From an uncultured Acutalibacter sp. (GTDB lineage: Bacteria > Bacillota > Clostridia > Oscillospirales > Acutalibacteraceae), in NCBI GenBank assembly GCA_964565505.1, contig CAZMFF010000003.1, positions 1,465-65,464 of the forward strand: a stretch of 64,000 nucleotides of DNA, read 5' to 3'. Below the pieces are notes generated by a model. It was not told the origin of the DNA and did not search any database. It worked only from the letters and a program-made list of their open reading frames with translations. The position numbers and the translations under genes are program-made. The first letter of the stretch is position 1. Each line of letters opens with the position of its first letter. Below, piece by piece: positions 29,546 to 39,392 of the stretch.

Positions 29546-30679
29546 TTAAAACCGGAATAAGCTGAACCGGCGGATCTTCACTGCCTTCTGCGGACACATC
29601 TCATGACAGCAAAAGCAGCGGATACAGTTCTGATAATCGATCTTCGCCCGTTTTTCCACAAGCTCAATGGTATGCTGGGGACAGCTTTCGGCACATTTCC
29701 CGCAGCCGATACAGGCCTCTTTCTCAATTTTAGGATAAGGCGTGGCAAGCTTTTTGGCAAGCGGCCTGAAGGGCTTAGGCACCCGCATCAGGAAATCCGT
29801 GCTCTGGGAGCTTGCCCGGCGAAAATCGGGCACTGTCAGGTCTTCCAGGGGATCTCCCAAAAGCTCGACCTCCTCCGGAGCCTCGGGACCAAGCCCTCGT
29901 TCCCAGGCCCGTTTCAGCAAGGGGAGCTCCTCCCGGCTCATCCCTAAGAGCGCCGCCCCTATTACATCCAGCGCCCAAGGGCTTTTGGAGGAAAGCAGCG
30001 CTCCGACCTGCCGCCTCTCGCCTCCTGTAGGTCCGTCCCCCTCCATGGCCCACACCCCGTCGATCACGGAGAGGGCAGGAGAGAGAAATTGAGAGAGATC
30101 CAAAAGCATGTCCGCAAAGTCCTCTTTTTGGGGGAACCGGCAGTGAAGCTCCGGCTTCTGAAGCCCCGGCACCGCTCCGAAAAGATTTTTCACAGCCCCG
30201 GAAAAGCCCATCATGCAGTGGGTTTTCAGCTTGGCGATATTGATAAGATAATGGTCCTCCAAAAAAGGCTCTATCAAAGGAAGCTGCTTACAGCGCACCC
30301 CCATAGGCAGCGAGACCTCCCGACTTTTGCACTGCGTGTAAAGGGAAAAGCCGAAGCGCTTTGCTATCTCCTCATACCCGCAGGCGGAAAAAGTCCCTCT
30401 GGCGATCCCCGGAGTATAAGGGCCGCCCCCGCTTTCCGCGATCACTACCTTGGCGCCGGCCTTCTGGGCGCAAAGTCCTACAGCGGCCGTCACCATCGGG
30501 TGGGTGACCGCCGCAGCCTCCGGCTTGGAGCGCATGATCAGATTGGGCTTGAGAAGCGCCGTCATCCCGGGTTTTAACTCCTCATAGACGCCTAATGCCC
30601 GGAATTGGCCGTCCACCAAACGACAGAGCTCATCCAGATCATAGTCCGGGCATTTATTAAAACAGACCCGCTCTCTCAT
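29546..30679 (-). CDS. DUF362 domain protein with a C-terminal 2x[4Fe-4S] ferredoxin
   Basis: CIGCGKCAESCP ... CIRCFCCHEMCP at the C-terminus. Start at MRERVCFNKCPDY (30679), overlapping the aminotransferase stop (ATGA). Confidence 0.75.
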   Translation of the reverse strand: MRERVCFNKCPDYDLDELCRLVDGQFRALGVYEELKPGMTALLKPNLIMRSKPEAAAVTHPMVTAAVGLCAQKAGAKVVIAESGGGPYTPGIARGTFSACGYEEIAKRFGFSLYTQCKSREVSLPMGVRCKQLPLIEPFLEDHYLINIAKLKTHCMMGFSGAVKNLFGAVPGLQKPELHCRFPQKEDFADMLLDLSQFLSPALSVIDGVWAMEGDGPTGGERRQVGALLSSKSPWALDVIGAALLGMSREELPLLKRAWERGLGPEAPEEVELLGDPLEDLTVPDFRRASSQSTDFLMRVPKPFRPLAKKLATPYPKIEKEACIGCGKCAESCPQHTIELVEKRAKIDYQNCIRCFCCHEMCPQKAVKIRRFSLFRF

Positions 30680-31878
30680 AGCTCGGTTAAAAAGGCCTGG
30701 ATCCGTTCCAGAGCTTCCGTGATATGTTTGATGGAATAGGAGTAGGAGATGCGCACAAAGCCCTCTCCGCACTCCCCGAAGGCGTCTCCCGGCACGACGG
30801 CCACATGCTTGGAGTAGATCAGCCGCTCACAGAACTCCACGGATGTAAGGCCAGTTTCCTTTACAGACGGGAACACATAAAACGCCCCCTCCGGCTCAAA
30901 GCAGGACAGTCCGATAGAGTTGAGCCCATCCACGATTAGCCGCCTGCGCATATCGTACTGGGAGCGCATTTCCAGAATATCGTCGTCGCCGTTTTTCATG
31001 GCCTCGATCGCCGCGTACTGGCTGGTAGTGGGCGCGCTCATAATGGCAAACTGGTGCAGCTTCGTCATCTGGCCGATGATCTCCTTAGGCCCTGCGGCAT
31101 ACCCCAGCCGCCACCCTGTCATGGAGTGAGATTTTGAAAATCCGTTTACCACTACGGTGCGCTCTCTCATGCCGGGAATATGGGAAAACATGATATGGGG
31201 CTCTGCTCCGTAGGTCAGTGTGCTGTAGATCTCATCGGAAAGCACAAAGAGGTTGTGGCGGGAAACGACCTTCGCCACTGCCTCCAGATCCTCTCTGCGC
31301 ATGACGGCCCCAGTAGGATTATTGGGATAGGGCAGCACCAAAAGCTTGGTTTTTTCCGTGATTTTTTCTTCCAGCTCCTCCGCCGTCAGGCGAAACCCGT
31401 TTTCCGCCTTGGTCTCCAGAATCACCGGCACGCCTCCGGCCATCTGCGCAAGGGGCACATAGCACACAAAGCTGGGTTGGGGGATCAGCACCTCTTCTCC
31501 GGGACACAGCAGGGCTCTCATACACAGATCGATGGCTTCAGAGCCGCCCACTGTTACCAGGATCTCCGACTCCGGGAGATAGCGCTCTTCATAATGACGC
31601 TCCAGATAGTTTGAAATCTCCTCCCGCAGCTTCAGAAGGCCCCGGTTCGGAGTGTAGCGGGTGCGCCCCTTTTCCAGAGTGCGGATCGCCTCTTCCCGGA
31701 TGTGCCAGGGCGTATAAAAATCCGGCTCTCCTACAGAGAGGGAAATCACGTCCTCCATCTCGTTGGCAATGTCGAAAAATCGGCGGATCCCGGAAGGCTT
31801 GATCTCTTGGATCGTAGGATTCAGAATTTTCTTGTAATCAATCACAAAGGTTGCTTCCTCTCTCGTCGATTTCCTCAT
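30676..31878 (-). CDS. class I/II PLP-dependent aminotransferase (aspartate/aromatic type)
   Basis: IKPSGIRRFFD, PNNPTG and SKSHSMTGWRLGY (PLP lysine). The true start may be GTG 31845. Confidence 0.87.
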   Translation of the reverse strand: MRKSTREEATFVIDYKKILNPTIQEIKPSGIRRFFDIANEMEDVISLSVGEPDFYTPWHIREEAIRTLEKGRTRYTPNRGLLKLREEISNYLERHYEERYLPESEILVTVGGSEAIDLCMRALLCPGEEVLIPQPSFVCYVPLAQMAGGVPVILETKAENGFRLTAEELEEKITEKTKLLVLPYPNNPTGAVMRREDLEAVAKVVSRHNLFVLSDEIYSTLTYGAEPHIMFSHIPGMRERTVVVNGFSKSHSMTGWRLGYAAGPKEIIGQMTKLHQFAIMSAPTTSQYAAIEAMKNGDDDILEMRSQYDMRRRLIVDGLNSIGLSCFEPEGAFYVFPSVKETGLTSVEFCERLIYSKHVAVVPGDAFGECGEGFVRISYSYSIKHITEALERIQAFLTEL

Positions 31879-32326
31879 AGTCGCTGTTGAAGGTCACGCC
31901 GCCGTCCTTATACTTGGTAAGCACAAAATGGGTCGCGGTGGACAAGACCCCTCCGATGGGGGCCAGACGCCTTGCCACAAACATGGCGATATCGGACATG
32001 GTCTTCCCGGCGACCACCACGGCCAGGTCATAGCCTCCGGACATCAGATAGACGCTTTGCACCTCCGGGAAATTCATCACGCGGCCGGCGATCTCGTCAA
32101 AGCCCGTATCCTTTTGAGGCGAGACCCTCAGCTCGATCAGGGCCTGGGCCCGCTGCACCTCGGTACGCTCCCAGTTGATGAGCGCCTGATATCCCTTGAT
32201 CACGCCTTCCTTCTCAAAGCGGCGGATCTCTTTTTTGACCTCTTCCTCTGTTTTCCCAAGCAGTACAGCCAGCTGGGCGGGAGTGAGCTTCCCGTCATTC
32301 TGCAGCAATTCCAAAAGCCGCTCCAT
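31838..32326 (-). CDS. Lrp/AsnC-family transcriptional regulator
   Basis: N-terminal HTH (LTPAQLAVLLGKTEEEV) plus a RAM/AsnC_trans_reg domain. The classic pairing with a downstream aminotransferase. Confidence 0.85.
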   Translation of the reverse strand: MERLLELLQNDGKLTPAQLAVLLGKTEEEVKKEIRRFEKEGVIKGYQALINWERTEVQRAQALIELRVSPQKDTGFDEIAGRVMNFPEVQSVYLMSGGYDLAVVVAGKTMSDIAMFVARRLAPIGGVLSTATHFVLTKYKDGGVTFNSDYEEIDERGSNLCD

Positions 32327-32358
32327 ATTCCTTCATCCTTTCCATCCAAAAATATTTT

Positions 32359-33186
32359 CTATTCCAGAGGCAGCATGACCGGTTTCCGGTTTACATAAAC
32401 CGTAAATTCCCGGAATCCCGCCGCCTTCAAAAGCTCCATTCCCTCATCGATGCCCTGGGCCAGATCCTCCGTGCAGTGAGCGTCTGCGCCCAAAGTGACC
32501 AGCCTCCCGCCCAATTCCCGATAGCGGGTAAAAAGCTCGCGGTCAGGAAGATAGGGTCCGTCCGTTTTCAGCAGACGAGAGGTATTGAGCTCCAGCGCCT
32601 TTTCCTTTCGGACGGCCGTCTTAAGCACCTCGTCCACCTCCTCCTGCCGCACGAGAAACGCGCAGCGCTCCTGCCGGGGCAGATATCTTAACGGGTAGGT
32701 AAAATGGGCAAGGGAATCGAAATCTCCCGTGGAAAGCATCTCGCGGGCCTCTTCAAAATACTGGGTGAGCAGCTGCTGGGCCCTCTCTTGGGAAAGGCCT
32801 TCCTGCCCCAGATGGTAAAAGTCCTCCTCCCCCTTCACATTGTGCAGAGAGCCCAGTACAAAATCGTGATCTCTGCCTGAAAGGGCGTCTGTGGCAGCTT
32901 CAGGGTCCTCCAGGGGCTGTCCCAGCTCGATCCCCTTCAAAAGGCGAAGCTGCGGGTAGGCTTCACGGCACCGTTCCATCTGCTCCCAGGCCTTTCTCAC
33001 CACCTCGAAGTATCCGCTTTCCTGAGAGGGAACATATTGGTATTTGTTGCATTCGCAGTGGTCGCTCACTGTATAATAAAAGAGTCCTTTCTCCAACGCT
33101 TTTTCACACATGGCAGACATGGGAGAACGCCCGTCCAAAGAGCAGTCGCTGTGACTGTGGCAGTCGCTTGCAAAACGATGCTTCAT
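32359..33186 (-). CDS. PHP-domain (histidinol-phosphatase family) metallo-hydrolase
   Basis: DCHSHSDCSLDG at the N-terminus, later LGSLH and GADAH metal-ligand motifs. Confidence 0.75.
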   Translation of the reverse strand: MKHRFASDCHSHSDCSLDGRSPMSAMCEKALEKGLFYYTVSDHCECNKYQYVPSQESGYFEVVRKAWEQMERCREAYPQLRLLKGIELGQPLEDPEAATDALSGRDHDFVLGSLHNVKGEEDFYHLGQEGLSQERAQQLLTQYFEEAREMLSTGDFDSLAHFTYPLRYLPRQERCAFLVRQEEVDEVLKTAVRKEKALELNTSRLLKTDGPYLPDRELFTRYRELGGRLVTLGADAHCTEDLAQGIDEGMELLKAAGFREFTVYVNRKPVMLPLE

Positions 33187-33340
33187 CCATTTTTTCCCTC
33201 CATTTCCCCCGCGTTCTCTCCGGAAAAAGGCTGGGCCACGGCCGGGAAGCCTCTTTTTGAGAACAGCAGCTTCAAGCTTTTGTTATTTTAGCATAAACCG
33301 AATAAAAAAGGAAGCCTCTCCTGTTCTCAGCCCCTTTCCC

Positions 33341-33369
33341 TTGACAGGCGGGGCAATCTGTTTCATAAT
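33341..33369 (+). promoter_or_regulatory. sigma-A type promoter for the ACT/UPF0210 operon
   Basis: TTGACA (33341-33346), a 17-nt spacer, then CATAAT (33364-33369). Confidence 0.5.
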
Positions 33370-33434
33370 AATCTCATGTATCCTTGAGTATCAAAAATGT
33401 GTAAAAAGCGGACCGACGCAGAAAGGAAGCTTAT

Positions 33435-33716
33435 ATGCTGAAAACGGAAAAGGCCGTGATCACGGTAATCGGAAAAGATATGGTGGGGATCCTTGCCAAG
33501 GTGTCCGCCATGTGCGCCCAAAAGGGCATGAATGTTCTGGAAGTGACCCAGTCCATTTTACAGGATATGTTCGTGATGGTGATGCTGGTGGACATCACCG
33601 GCTCCTCCTCCGCCGTCTCGGAGCTGGCCGATGAGTTTGACTCTTTGGGAGAAAGCCTCCATTTGAAGATCCACATCATGCATGAGGATATCTTCAACTC
33701 CATGCACAAGATCTGA
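33435..33716 (+). CDS. ACT-domain protein (UPF0237 family)
   Basis: 93 aa, KAVITVIGKDMVGILAKVSAMCAQKGMNVLEVTQ. It is always paired with UPF0210. Confidence 0.85.
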   Translation: MLKTEKAVITVIGKDMVGILAKVSAMCAQKGMNVLEVTQSILQDMFVMVMLVDITGSSSAVSELADEFDSLGESLHLKIHIMHEDIFNSMHKI

Positions 33717-33769
33717 GGGCGCGCCATCCCGGCGCTCTCTTCATGAATGGCTTTTAAGGAGGCATTTTT

Positions 33770-35128
33770 TTGAATACCAATGAAATTTTAGAGACCATCA
33801 ATATGATCGATAATGAAGATCTGGATGTGCGCACCATCACCATGGGGATCTCCCTGCTTGACTGTATCGACCCCAGCATGGAAAAAGCCTGCCTAAAGAT
33901 CTATGACAAGATCTGCCGGTATGCTCAGAATCTGGTAAAGGTGGGAGAGGATATCACCAGACAGTATGGGATCCCCATTATCAACAAGCGCATTGCCGTC
34001 ACCCCCATCGCGATGGTGAGCGGCGCGTGTCCTTCCTCCTCCCCCGTCCACTTCGCAAGGGTCCTGGACAAAGCCGCAAGGCAGGTAGGCGTCAACTTTA
34101 TCGGCGGATATTCCGCTCTGGTGCAGAAGGGGTTCGGCCCCGGGGACTACGCCCTGCTGGAAAGCATTCCCGAGGCTCTCTCAGAAACGGAATTTGTGTG
34201 CTCCTCCGTCAATGTGGGCTCCACCAAGGCCGGGATCAATATGGACGCCGTAGAGAAGATGGGCCGTATCGTCAAAAAGACGGCAGAGCTTACGGCCGAA
34301 CAGGAATGCATCGGCGCTGCCAAGTTAGTGGTCTTCTGCAACGCTCCGGAGGATAACCCCTTTATGGCGGGAGCCTTCCACGGCCCGGGAGAACCGGACT
34401 GTGTGATCAACGTGGGCGTTTCCGGCCCCGGCGTAGTGCGGGCCGCCATCAAGAAAAACGGAGACGGCTGTACCCTGACGGAGCTTGCAGAGCTCATCAA
34501 GCGCACCGCCTTTAAGATCACCCGCATGGGACAGCTGGTGGCCAAGGAGGCCTCCCGCAGACTGTGTGTACCCTTCGGTATCGTCGACCTCTCTCTGGCC
34601 CCCACGCCGGCGGTGGGAGACAGCGTGGCCTATATTCTGGAGGGCATGGGCCTTGCCAAATGCGGGGCTCACGGTACTACTGCCGCCTTGGCGCTGCTCA
34701 ACGACGCCGTCAAGAAGGGCGGCGTGATGGCCTCTTCCAGTGTGGGGGGCCTGTCCGGCGCTTTTATCCCCGTCACCGAGGATGCGGGGATGATCGAAGC
34801 CGCCAGAAGCGGCTGTCTCACCTTAAACAAGCTGGAGGCCATGACCGCCGTGTGCTCAGTGGGCCTTGACATGATCTGTATTCCCGGCAGCGTCACCCCC
34901 GAGATCATCTCCGGGATCATTGCCGACGAGGCTGCCATCGGAATGGTGAACTCCAAAACCACTGCCGTGAGAGTGATCCCTGCCATAGGGAAAAAGGCCG
35001 GAGAAGAGCTGGATTTCGGCGGGCTTCTGGGCGGAGGTCCCGTTATGCCGGTGAACACCTTCTCTCCCGCGCAGTTCATCCACCGGGGAGGAAAGATCCC
35101 CGCTCCGCTGCAAAGTTTAAAAAACTAA
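33770..35128 (+). CDS. UPF0210/DUF711 (PFL-like) protein
   Basis: 452 aa, [27 protein letters not shown] is the family N-terminus. Confidence 0.85.
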   Translation: MNTNEILETINMIDNEDLDVRTITMGISLLDCIDPSMEKACLKIYDKICRYAQNLVKVGEDITRQYGIPIINKRIAVTPIAMVSGACPSSSPVHFARVLDKAARQVGVNFIGGYSALVQKGFGPGDYALLESIPEALSETEFVCSSVNVGSTKAGINMDAVEKMGRIVKKTAELTAEQECIGAAKLVVFCNAPEDNPFMAGAFHGPGEPDCVINVGVSGPGVVRAAIKKNGDGCTLTELAELIKRTAFKITRMGQLVAKEASRRLCVPFGIVDLSLAPTPAVGDSVAYILEGMGLAKCGAHGTTAALALLNDAVKKGGVMASSSVGGLSGAFIPVTEDAGMIEAARSGCLTLNKLEAMTAVCSVGLDMICIPGSVTPEIISGIIADEAAIGMVNSKTTAVRVIPAIGKKAGEELDFGGLLGGGPVMPVNTFSPAQFIHRGGKIPAPLQSLKN

Positions 35129-35206
35129 CGAGAATGGTTTTTTTCCTCTGGTACATATTATAAAAGAGTCCATTTTATATCGGACAAAAGACAGGAGGAA
35201 AATATA

Positions 35207-36202
35207 ATGTGTACAGCAGTGGCCTTTCGTACCCGAGACTTCTATTTCGGCCGCACCCTTGACCTGGATCGTTCCTACGGGGAGGAAGTGGTCATTACCC
35301 CCCGCAGCTACCCCTTCCGCTTCCGCCGGATGGGACCGATGGAGCGTCATTACGCCATGATCGGCATTGCCCATGTGGAAGAAGGCTTTCCTCTTTATTA
35401 CGAGGGGATCAACGAAAAGGGCCTCGGCATGGCAGGGCTCAATTTTATCGGCAACGCCAGGTATCAGGAGTGCTCTGCCGGGTGGGACAACGTATCCCCC
35501 TTTGAATTCATCCCCTGGATCCTGTCTCAGTGCACCACGGTGCGAGAGGCAAAAAAGCTGCTGCAAAAGCTGCGGCTGGTCTCTCTTCCCTTCCGGGAAG
35601 ATATGCCCTTAAGCCAGCTTCACTGGATGATCTCCGACCGGACGGGATCCATCGTGGTGGAGTCCACCAAAGCAGGACTTTTTGTCTATGATAATCCGGC
35701 TCAGGTGCTCACCAACAACCCGCCCTTTGAACAGCAGCTTTTCCAACTCAACAACTATATGTCCCTTTCACCGGGGCCTGCTCCCAACCACTTTTCGGAA
35801 AAGCTTCCGTTAGAGTCCTACAGCTATGGAATGGGCACCATCGGGATGCCCGGCGGGCTTTCCTCTCAGGCGCGTTTTGTCAGAGCCGCTTTTGTGTGTC
35901 TCAATTCTCTGTGCGGAAGCCACGAGGCAGAAAGCGTCAGCCAGTTCTTCCATATTCTGGGCTCTGTGGAACAGCAAAAGGGCTGCTGCCGGCTGGAAAA
36001 CGGCAGATGTCAGTACACCCTATATACCTGCTGCTGCAACGCGGACAAAGGGATCTTTTACTACACCTCTTACGAAAACCATCAAATCACCGCTGTCGAT
36101 ATGAATCGGGAGGACCTGAACGGCTCCGCCCCGATCCGCTACCCCATGATACAGGGAGAACAGATCTACCTGCAAAACGCCGGCCGGGAGAAGGGCGCTT
36201 AA
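35207..36202 (+). CDS. bsh: choloylglycine hydrolase family (bile salt hydrolase / penicillin V acylase), Ntn-hydrolase
   Basis: MCTAVAF places Cys2 as the nucleophile. GRTLD, NNPPF and SSQARFVR conserved positions are present. Confidence 0.87.
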   Translation: MCTAVAFRTRDFYFGRTLDLDRSYGEEVVITPRSYPFRFRRMGPMERHYAMIGIAHVEEGFPLYYEGINEKGLGMAGLNFIGNARYQECSAGWDNVSPFEFIPWILSQCTTVREAKKLLQKLRLVSLPFREDMPLSQLHWMISDRTGSIVVESTKAGLFVYDNPAQVLTNNPPFEQQLFQLNNYMSLSPGPAPNHFSEKLPLESYSYGMGTIGMPGGLSSQARFVRAAFVCLNSLCGSHEAESVSQFFHILGSVEQQKGCCRLENGRCQYTLYTCCCNADKGIFYYTSYENHQITAVDMNREDLNGSAPIRYPMIQGEQIYLQNAGREKGA

Positions 36203-36262
36203 AGCCTTCTTCCGGAAATTCCGCAAAGGCAAAAGGCGGGCTTCGGTCCGGGTCTCTCTTCT

Positions 36263-37231
36263 ATGAAACGGGGCGGCTCAAAAAAGGAGGAATGGGCTTT
36301 GAGCTCGCAGAAAAAACGGAAGCTGACGAAAGAAGAGAAAAAAGCAAAAAGAGGGGAGCTTTTCTCCCGGGCGAAAAACGATATCCGCACCCACCCCTTT
36401 CTGTTCTCCACTTATGTCGTGCTGCGCGTACTGGTGATCGCGGTGATGATCTTACAGATCTTCAACCGGGATTACTATGATGTGTTCCTTTGCGCGCTGA
36501 CGCTGATCCTGTTTATGATTCCCAGCTTTGTAGAGCGGCGGCTTCATATTGACGTCCCCAACACGCTGGAAGTGATCATTCTGCTGTTTATCTTTTCGGC
36601 GGAGATCCTGGGAGAGATCCAGGAATACTATCTGACCTACCCCTTCTGGGACACCATGCTGCACACGATCAACGGGTTTCTGATGGCGGCCATCGGTTTA
36701 GCCATGGTGGATATTCTCAACCGTTCCAAAAAATTTAAGGTACGCCTTTCCCCCGTGTTTGTGGCTGTGGTGGCTTTCTGCTTTTCCATGACCATCGGCG
36801 TGCTTTGGGAATTTTTTGAATACGGAATGGACTGCTTTTTTCACACCGATATGCAGAAGGATACCTGGGTAAACGCCATTTCCACCGTGACGCTGAACCC
36901 AGAGGGGAAAAACGCGGCTGTGCATCTGCCCATCGAAAGCGTGGTGGTAAACGGAGAGGAATGGCCCGGATATCTGGATATCGGCCTGCACGACACCATG
37001 AAGGACCTGTTGGTAAACTTTATCGGCGCGATCATCTTTTCCGTCATCGGCATGTTTTACATTATGGGCAGGGGAAAGGGCTGGTTTGCACCCCGCTTTA
37101 TTCCCCGGCTCAAGGAAAACGAGCTGCCGCAGAAGGAAGAGGATACGGCAAGCCTGCTGCTTCCCATTGCCTTAGATAAGGAAGAGCAGGATACATCCCG
37201 AAAAAACAAAAAAGGAGGAAAATCATCGTGA
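36263..37231 (+). CDS. polytopic membrane protein, unknown function (Lys-rich cytosolic N- and C-tails)
   Basis: About 6-7 TM segments. An alternative TTG start at 36299 lies 8 nt after AAGGAGG. Its stop overlaps the esterase start (GTGA). Confidence 0.6.
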   Translation: MKRGGSKKEEWALSSQKKRKLTKEEKKAKRGELFSRAKNDIRTHPFLFSTYVVLRVLVIAVMILQIFNRDYYDVFLCALTLILFMIPSFVERRLHIDVPNTLEVIILLFIFSAEILGEIQEYYLTYPFWDTMLHTINGFLMAAIGLAMVDILNRSKKFKVRLSPVFVAVVAFCFSMTIGVLWEFFEYGMDCFFHTDMQKDTWVNAISTVTLNPEGKNAAVHLPIESVVVNGEEWPGYLDIGLHDTMKDLLVNFIGAIIFSVIGMFYIMGRGKGWFAPRFIPRLKENELPQKEEDTASLLLPIALDKEEQDTSRKNKKGGKSS

Positions 37232-38538
37232 AACCCATTGTAAAAACAGAGCAGGGCCTGCTGCAGGGGATTCTGAGCCAGGACGAAAGGACCGCCGTTT
37301 TCCGGGGCGTACCCTATGCCCAGCCCCCGGTTGGAGAGCTGCGCTTTCGCCGCCCTCAGAAAAAGGAGCCCTGGGAAGGCGTTCTTCCCTGCGAGGAATT
37401 CAAAGCCCGCTGCTATCAGGCGGACCTTGCCTCCATGGATTTCTACGGTAAGGAGTTCTATGACGAAATGGTGCCTCCCTGCAGTGAAGACTGCCTGTAC
37501 TTAAATATCTGGGCTCCGGCAGACGCGAAAAAGGGAGATCGGCTTCCGGTGCTGTTCTGGATCCACGGCGGCGCGTTCCTTCACGGCTGTGGAACGGAAA
37601 AGGAATTTGACGGCGAGGGCTTTGCCAAAAAGGGCGTGATCCTGGTCACCATCAATTACCGGGTCAATGTGTTCGGCTTCTTCGCTCATCCGGAGCTGGA
37701 CCGGGAAAACGAGGAGGGCATCTCCGGCAATTACGGCATCTTTGACCAGCTGTTTGCCCTTTCCTGGGTCAGGGAGAATATCAGTGCCTTCGGGGGAGAT
37801 CCGGAGAAGATCACCATTGCGGGCCAGTCTGCCGGTTGTATGAGCGTGCAGACCATCATTTCCTCTCCCCTCTCCAAAGGGCTGCTGCGCGGCGCCATCC
37901 TGCAAAGCGGAGGAGGCTATCCCTCTCTGCGCCCCACCGCCGGGAAAGAAAACGCCGTTTCCATCTCGGAAGAGCTGATGAAGGCGCTTTCCGTTTCCAC
38001 GGTGGAGGAGCTGCGGAAAATCCCCGCCGGGAAGCTTTGCGAGGCGGCCTACGCCGTGCTGGGATCCGGGGCTTCGGGGTGGGGCCCCCATGTAGACGGC
38101 TTCCTGCTGCCGGACATTACGGACCGTCAGGCGGAAACCGGCGCGATCCGGAATATCAAATACATGATCGGCTCTACCGGAAACGATATCGGCGACGGCG
38201 CCTTTTTGCAGAATTCCGAACGGGGCTTTTGCGAGAACCTGTTGAAGCTGGGATTTTCTCCCGCCTATTTCTACTATTTTGACCGCAAGCTTCCCGGAGA
38301 CGACGCTGGCGCTTTTCACTCCTGCGAGCTGTGGTATGAATTCGAGACCTATCCCCGCTGCTGGCGGCCCTGGGAGGACTGTGACCGGGAGCTTTCCCGC
38401 ATTCTCTCCTCTTACTGGGCCAATTTCGTGAAAACCGGCGACCCCAACGGCCCCGGGCTGCCCCTCTGGAAAGCCTACACAGCGGAAAACCACTCCCCCA
38501 TTTTATTGGCGGACAAGGTGGAAATGATGGGCTCCTGA
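37228..38538 (+). CDS. type-B carboxylesterase (para-nitrobenzyl esterase-like), no signal peptide
   Basis: FRGVPYAQPPVGELRF, the oxyanion HGGAF, and the nucleophile elbow GQSAG. Confidence 0.87.
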   Translation: MKPIVKTEQGLLQGILSQDERTAVFRGVPYAQPPVGELRFRRPQKKEPWEGVLPCEEFKARCYQADLASMDFYGKEFYDEMVPPCSEDCLYLNIWAPADAKKGDRLPVLFWIHGGAFLHGCGTEKEFDGEGFAKKGVILVTINYRVNVFGFFAHPELDRENEEGISGNYGIFDQLFALSWVRENISAFGGDPEKITIAGQSAGCMSVQTIISSPLSKGLLRGAILQSGGGYPSLRPTAGKENAVSISEELMKALSVSTVEELRKIPAGKLCEAAYAVLGSGASGWGPHVDGFLLPDITDRQAETGAIRNIKYMIGSTGNDIGDGAFLQNSERGFCENLLKLGFSPAYFYYFDRKLPGDDAGAFHSCELWYEFETYPRCWRPWEDCDRELSRILSSYWANFVKTGDPNGPGLPLWKAYTAENHSPILLADKVEMMGS

Positions 38539-38555
38539 TAAAAAGCTTTTTTGAC

Positions 38556-38594
38556 AACGCGATCCCTCTGATAAGCGGAGGGATCGCGTTTTTT
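38556..38594 (+). terminator. intrinsic terminator after the esterase gene
   Basis: AACGCGAUCCCUC ... GAGGGAUCGCGUUUUUUG. Confidence 0.8.
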
Positions 38595-38636
38595 GTATGC
38601 CGAAGCCGCGCTTTTAGAGAGTGACTTCCGGGATAC

Positions 38637-38685
38637 AAAAAGGCCTTCCCGCATTTTCCTTTTCGGAAATCGGGAAGGCCTTTTT
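38637..38685 (-). terminator. intrinsic terminator after the 97-aa gene (bidirectional shape)
   Basis: AAAAAGGCCUUCCCG ... CGGGAAGGCCUUUUU. Confidence 0.7.
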
Positions 38686-38692
38686 CAGTTTT

Positions 38693-38986
38693 TCATTCTG
38701 CCAGAGCACGCTCCAGCCAGGCGTCTGCAATGTCCAGCGCTAAGTACAAGCCGTTTTTCTCGCTGGTCTTCACGATCTGCTTTCTGGTGCGGATCTCCGG
38801 GTCCGTATACATCAGCTGCACCGTCACCTTATCGGCCACATCCAGATCGCCCACCTTTTTCTTGGACTTGATGTCGATCTTGATGACATATTTATCCTTC
38901 ATGCTGCCGTAATAGATGGTGTCGCCGCTTCGCACCAGAGGCTTTCCCTTATAAGTGGGAAAGGATACCTTTTTCTCTTCGCTCAA
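38693..38986 (-). CDS. small conserved-looking hypothetical protein (97 aa)
   Basis: MSEEKKVSFPTYKGKPLVRSGDTIYYGSMKDKYVIKIDIKSKKK... Good codon-like composition, its own terminator, and a position directly downstream of ireB. No motif recognised. Confidence 0.6.
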   Translation of the reverse strand: MSEEKKVSFPTYKGKPLVRSGDTIYYGSMKDKYVIKIDIKSKKKVGDLDVADKVTVQLMYTDPEIRTRKQIVKTSEKNGLYLALDIADAWLERALAE

Positions 38987-39013
38987 AGAATCACCGCGCT
39001 TTCTAAAAAATGA

Positions 39014-39280
39014 TCACTCGCCCAAATAAGAACGCACCATAGCCTTCAGAAGCTCGTCGCGGTCGATCTTACGCACCAGGCTTCTGGCGTTATTGTGGGT
39101 GGTAATATAGGTAGGATCTTCCGAAAGGATGTATCCCACAATTTGGCTGATGGGATTATATCCCTTTTCTTTCAGCGCGTCGTACACCGTAAGCAGATTC
39201 CGCTTCAGCTCTTCCTCCTTGATCTCCTCCAGGGAAAAGGTCAGCGTGTGGTCGGAAGGAATTTCCGGCATGTGGAACAC
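39014..39280 (-). CDS. ireB: IreB-family regulatory phosphoprotein (UPF0297)
   Basis: [50 protein letters not shown] is the family core. Confidence 0.87.
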   Translation of the reverse strand: MFHMPEIPSDHTLTFSLEEIKEEELKRNLLTVYDALKEKGYNPISQIVGYILSEDPTYITTHNNARSLVRKIDRDELLKAMVRSYLGE

Positions 39281-39392
39281 CTCCTGTTTCTTTTTTGGAC
39301 TTTCCGCGGCGGCAAAAAGGGCCGCCGGTCCCCTGCCTATTCATAATACATGATATCCGCCCGGAATTCAAGCGGTTTCCAAAAGAATTTCC

